Shown here: positions 14,687-17,929 of the stretch, piece by piece | Layout of the letters: every line of letters begins with the position of its first letter | Numbering within the stretch: the first letter of the stretch is position 1 | Translations under genes and position numbers: made by a program | Notes under the pieces: generated by a model | What the model saw: only the letters and a program-made list of their open reading frames with translations | Told to the model about the DNA's origin: nothing | Database searches by the model: none | DNA from: Colwellia polaris | GTDB taxonomy: Archaea; Nanohalarchaeota; Nanosalinia; Nanosalinales; Nanosalinaceae | Assembly: GCA_047617785.1 (NCBI GenBank) | Contig: JBLGBK010000012.1 | Location: forward strand, 1 to 17,929 | Length of the DNA stretch: 17,929 bases | Direction of reading: 5' to 3'

Positions 14687-15307
14687 TTATTCGCTGTACA
14701 GTATAACGTCTACGTTATCATCTTTACCGCCAGGAGCCCACCAGAAATCGACATCAGGGTTAACATCGGCTTTTAGCTTTCCATTATAACCTGAGGTAAC
14801 ATGTTCGGAAGGCTGTATAGTATAAAGTTCGACATAATCAGGCTCAACACGCTCAACAGCATCCATAAAACCAAAAGCATAGTCACAAACGTTGTTAGAA
14901 ATAATCATATCTGCCGAACCCTCATAGTCTTCTACATTTCCTACCTGAGAACTGTCAGGCTCTAAAACGTTTTCTCCAATTTCTCCTATTATACCAGGAT
15001 AGGTTGTTCCTACATCACCAAGTTCTCTGAGCGTTTGGTTCTCCACGTTCCGAGTTATATCTGAAGGCGGTTCGCCAGAATTTAGCCTTTCAGCTATATC
15101 CGCCTGAATATCCATAGTTCTCTCTTTAACGTCGATAGACTCGACATGTGAATCAGGGTAACGAGACTTGATAGTCCACGCAATAAGTTCTCCTCCAACA
15201 ACCAAAATGTGAGAGTTCTCAGACTCAAAACCCTTTTCCTCAAAATAGTCCAGCACGTCGTCGTAATAGGTTTTGTGAGTATTACCTACTGGATATACTT
15301 CCTCCAT
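14687..15307 (-). CDS. Hypothetical protein, possible degenerate class I SAM-methyltransferase fold
   Basis: ILVVGG, VESIDV, GNVEDY and ADMIISNNV occur in class I MTase motif order. The ORF looks real (acidic), but the function is weakly supported. Alternative TTG start at 15316. Confidence 0.55.
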   Translation of the reverse strand: MEEVYPVGNTHKTYYDDVLDYFEEKGFESENSHILVVGGELIAWTIKSRYPDSHVESIDVKERTMDIQADIAERLNSGEPPSDITRNVENQTLRELGDVGTTYPGIIGEIGENVLEPDSSQVGNVEDYEGSADMIISNNVCDYAFGFMDAVERVEPDYVELYTIQPSEHVTSGYNGKLKADVNPDVDFWWAPGGKDDNVDVILYSE

Positions 15308-15375
15308 AACTATCAAAGATCAACAATAATTTTTGAATATGCTGATTTAAAGAATCAAGACTACAATTATACCTT

Positions 15376-15753
15376 ATGAAACTAGCACACACCATGCTAC
15401 GGACCGGTTCGCCGGATGAGATGGTTAAATTTTATACAGAAGCCTTCAACATGGAGATGAAGCGAAAGAAGGAAATGGATACTTTCACGCTATACTTCAT
15501 CGGTCACCCGGGCCAGACAGCAGAAATCGAACTAACATACAACCACGGAGAAGACGACAAGTACGATAAAGGAGAGGGATTCGGCCACATCGCAATTCAC
15601 AGCCCAGAGGATATGACGCTTCAGGAAGCATACGACAAAGCTGTAGACGCAGGTGGAGAAGACTATCGTCCGCCAGAAGAATGTCCTGGAGACTACGCAT
15701 TCGTAAAGGATCCGGAAGGTTATGAAGTTGAGATACTGGCTCGCTCCAGTTAA
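15376..15753 (+). CDS. gloA: Glyoxalase I (lactoylglutathione lyase) / VOC family
   Basis: Motifs HTMLR, FY...F.M, FTLYF.G, ELTYN, YDKG.GFGHIA and AFVKDPEGY.VE. Confidence 0.85.
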   Translation: MKLAHTMLRTGSPDEMVKFYTEAFNMEMKRKKEMDTFTLYFIGHPGQTAEIELTYNHGEDDKYDKGEGFGHIAIHSPEDMTLQEAYDKAVDAGGEDYRPPEECPGDYAFVKDPEGYEVEILARSS

Positions 15754-15771
15754 ACACTCTATTTTCGAAAA

Positions 15772-16725
15772 ATGACTTTCTATACTGCTTCGAAGGAAGA
15801 TAGAGAAAAACTGAAACAGCCGCGTGGGGACACTTTTCAGGATGAAGAGCTTATTGAGCAGCTGAAGAAGAGAGAGTATAGCAAAGTGATCACGGTAGGT
15901 GACAGGGTCTCTCAGGATATAGCAGATTCCGATATAGATGCTGATTTGTCGATAGTTGATGGCAGCATCCAACGTGAAGATGTAGGCAAAGACCATTTCG
16001 AGGAGATAAACTCTGAAAGAACTTTCAGGACAGAGAATCCTGCAGGTGAAATAACTGAAGAAGCGTGGCGTACAGTCCGGAAAGCCTCAGCGCTTACGTG
16101 CGAGACCAAGATTATCGTTGATGGTGAAGAAGATCTTCTGGCACTACCTGTTACATTGTTCGCACCCGAAGATGCAGTTATTGTATACGGCCACTGGAAG
16201 GAGGGAGCAGTGCTTATGGAAGCCAGCGAAGAGAATAAAGACTTCATAGAGGAAATAGTTTCCTCCGATAGATCTGAACACTTGATTGTAGGCGGTAGCT
16301 GGGACATATTCCACTCCGGTCATCGATACATAATCCTCTCCGCACTAGATAAGGGAGAAAAAATAGATATCGGGATCACCTCAAATGAAATGATAGAGGA
16401 AAAACTAGGCCAAGCTCCTGAAGACAGTTTCAAAGAAAGAAGACAGAATATCAAGGATTTCCTTCGCTCGCTGAGCAGGTTCGAAGACGCACGATTGATA
16501 GAGATAAACGATATCTACGGTAACGCAGTAGAAGAAGGAGAATCATTACTTATCGCACCTGAATCCAGAAACAATGCCGAAAAGATTAACACTCGTAGAG
16601 AGGAACAAGGCAGAGAACCGATAAATATCGAAGTGGTGCAGAAACTAAAGTCTGTAAATGGAGAGCCGATATCATCCACCTATATCAGGGCAGGGGAAAT
16701 AGATCAGAACGGCATGGAAAACTGA
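15772..16725 (+). CDS. Fusion of GTP-dependent dephospho-CoA kinase (DUF359) and archaeal phosphopantetheine adenylyltransferase
   Basis: N-terminal half: TVGD.VS, IVDG, NPAG.IT, VDGEEDLLALP, IVYG. C-terminal half: VGGSWD.FHSGH (HxGH), GITS, IN..R...G..P, ISST.IRAGEID.NG. Confidence 0.9.
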   Translation: MTFYTASKEDREKLKQPRGDTFQDEELIEQLKKREYSKVITVGDRVSQDIADSDIDADLSIVDGSIQREDVGKDHFEEINSERTFRTENPAGEITEEAWRTVRKASALTCETKIIVDGEEDLLALPVTLFAPEDAVIVYGHWKEGAVLMEASEENKDFIEEIVSSDRSEHLIVGGSWDIFHSGHRYIILSALDKGEKIDIGITSNEMIEEKLGQAPEDSFKERRQNIKDFLRSLSRFEDARLIEINDIYGNAVEEGESLLIAPESRNNAEKINTRREEQGREPINIEVVQKLKSVNGEPISSTYIRAGEIDQNGMEN

Positions 16726-16734
16726 TTCTAATAC

Positions 16735-17223
16735 TCACATCAGTGCTTCAATGTTCGACTTCACCAGTTTTGCCTCATAATCGGCAGCATAATCTTTCAG
16801 TTCTTCCACTTCCATATCATCTCTCACACGATAACTTATCTGATCGATGATTTCACCTTCATCCATCTCACTTTCTATTCTGTGGAGCGTTGCACCACTC
16901 ACATCTACCCCTCTTTCAATCACGCGGCAGTATACATCAAGTCCTTTGAAGGCTGGTAGTATCGAGGGATGCATGTTGTACATCTCGCACTCAACCTGCT
17001 CCAGAAACCCTGGGGAAAAAAGCCGCCGATAACCCAGGCTAATTGCGGTGGAAACACCCTTCGAATCAAGCACCTCCAGAATTCTATCCTCATCGTGTTC
17101 CAGGTTCAGGAACTTATCCTCACATACCTGATTCAGAACATCTCGATCACTAATAATCAGATCGAACTCGTCCTTCAACCTCTCCAGCACACGTCCGTTC
17201 TCAGATACGAAAGCTGCTTTCAC
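16735..17223 (-). CDS. Formyltransferase, PurN-like fold
   Basis: NMHPSILPAFKG and SGATLH.....MDEG.II carry the catalytic N, H and D. GTG start. Confidence 0.8.
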   Translation of the reverse strand: MKAAFVSENGRVLERLKDEFDLIISDRDVLNQVCEDKFLNLEHDEDRILEVLDSKGVSTAISLGYRRLFSPGFLEQVECEMYNMHPSILPAFKGLDVYCRVIERGVDVSGATLHRIESEMDEGEIIDQISYRVRDDMEVEELKDYAADYEAKLVKSNIEALM

Positions 17224-17472
17224 ATGTCTACTTCAACTTCCCAAGCTAAAAAATCTGGTTTTCAACCCTCTCAGAACTCACATCATCTCTATGAGTGTTC
17301 GTTCTTCATGAACACTATGTTGTTAGTAAATAACGAACATTCAAATGTTTTTAAATACTTTTGTTTTGTTTCTGAAGTGATAACGCTTCTTGAATGATTG
17401 TTTGGATTTAATGAACAACCCGGGTTGTAGCTTGGAGCCGTGAAAATTAAGTCAGAATAGATTTAATGATAT

Positions 17473-17745
17473 TTAATCTAGACTCTCTATAAGATCTTCA
17501 TCTCCGGCTATATTCGCAAAAGTCTCCAATAACTCGGTGAAAACTTCTCTAGTAGCTTCTTCATGGCGTAAAGTAACCGAGAGGTAGTCGAATTCGGCTT
17601 CTTCTGGCAACTTCTCTAACCTGAATTTGAGTTCGTCTTCGCCAAAATACCAGCCTAGGCTAGACGCCTATCTTAATTTCGAGATTTTCTGCAGGCGTCG
17701 GATATTTGACAGTTCGTACTGATCAAATTTTCTTAGTTTTATGTA
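17473..17745 (-). pseudogene. Decayed gene remnant encoding an acidic C-terminal fragment
   Basis: Open stretch 17473-17667 reads ASSLGWYFGEDELKFRLEKLPEEAEFDYL...IESLD* and has no ATG. The same frame upstream is broken by in-frame stops. Confidence 0.5.
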
Positions 17746-17803
17746 TTATCGCTTGCCGACAAATTTTTATGTTTTGTAAGTGACAACTAATTCTGATCTA
17801 TTT

Positions 17804-17927
17804 TGGTGGTGTTTTCCGAGAACACTCCATAACAAAGAAGGTATATCGCGAACTGTTGAGTCGAGTGCGTCTACCAAATCAGGGATAGTATACCTTCTTT
17901 ATTATATGCCTGATTTGTCTGGCGTAC
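17804..17927 (+). ncRNA. Candidate structured RNA or mobile-element end (may continue past the window)
   Basis: Hairpin at 17804-17829, a long interrupted hairpin at 17865-17927, and a 16/17 inverted repeat between 17829-17845 and 17889-17905. Confidence 0.35.
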
Positions 17928-17929
17928 CC

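Noticed and set aside
16969-17397. 142 aa plus-strand ORF
   Set aside because: Mostly antisense to the formyltransferase, not acidic, and no recognisable domain.
17668-17901. Stop-codon readthrough or an alternative genetic code in the minus-strand remnant
   Set aside because: The interrupting stops are a mix of TAA and TAG, and the intact genes here end normally at TAA, TAG and TGA. Decay is the simpler explanation.
17230-17929. CRISPR array, or an intact transposase or cas gene, in the non-coding tail
   Set aside because: No regularly spaced direct repeats and no long ORF. Only inverted repeats and a gene remnant are present.

Overview
A 17.9 kb piece of chromosome from an extremely halophilic archaeon with a compact genome. 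The proteins are strongly acidic, the DNA is moderately AT-rich, intergenic gaps are very short, and many starts look leaderless (about 21-25 nt after a TATA box). Genes include archaeal RadA, RPA and a histone. This fits Nanohaloarchaeota (DPANN) best, which is an inference. Contents in order: tRNA-Thr(CGU), a DUF2582 winged-helix gene, an M29 aminopeptidase, a 564 aa coiled-coil protein, a DUF5794-like membrane protein with an unusual 5' leader, fxsA, an M42-pepF-M32 peptidase operon, a frameshifted OB-fold pseudogene, thpR, a PRC-barrel (CdpB-like) gene, a hypothetical gene, radA, rpa, a histone, a wHTH regulator, a divergent ZIP/NikR-like pair, a methyltransferase-like ORF, glyoxalase I, a DPCK-PPAT fusion, a PurN-like formyltransferase, and a palindrome-rich tail with no intact gene. 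The best leads are: (1) a leader-peptide, anti-Shine-Dalgarno and non-AUG-start arrangement upstream of the DUF5794-like gene, a candidate archaeal translational attenuator; (2) a ZIP/NikR-like module with altered metal ligands and a 6-N16-6 operator around a shared TATA box; (3) a possibly pseudoknotted structured RNA at the right edge; (4) a Cys-free RPA and a histone lacking tetramer-interface residues, with a palindrome over the rpa-radA promoter. All family calls are by-eye motif recognition, and no database search was run.
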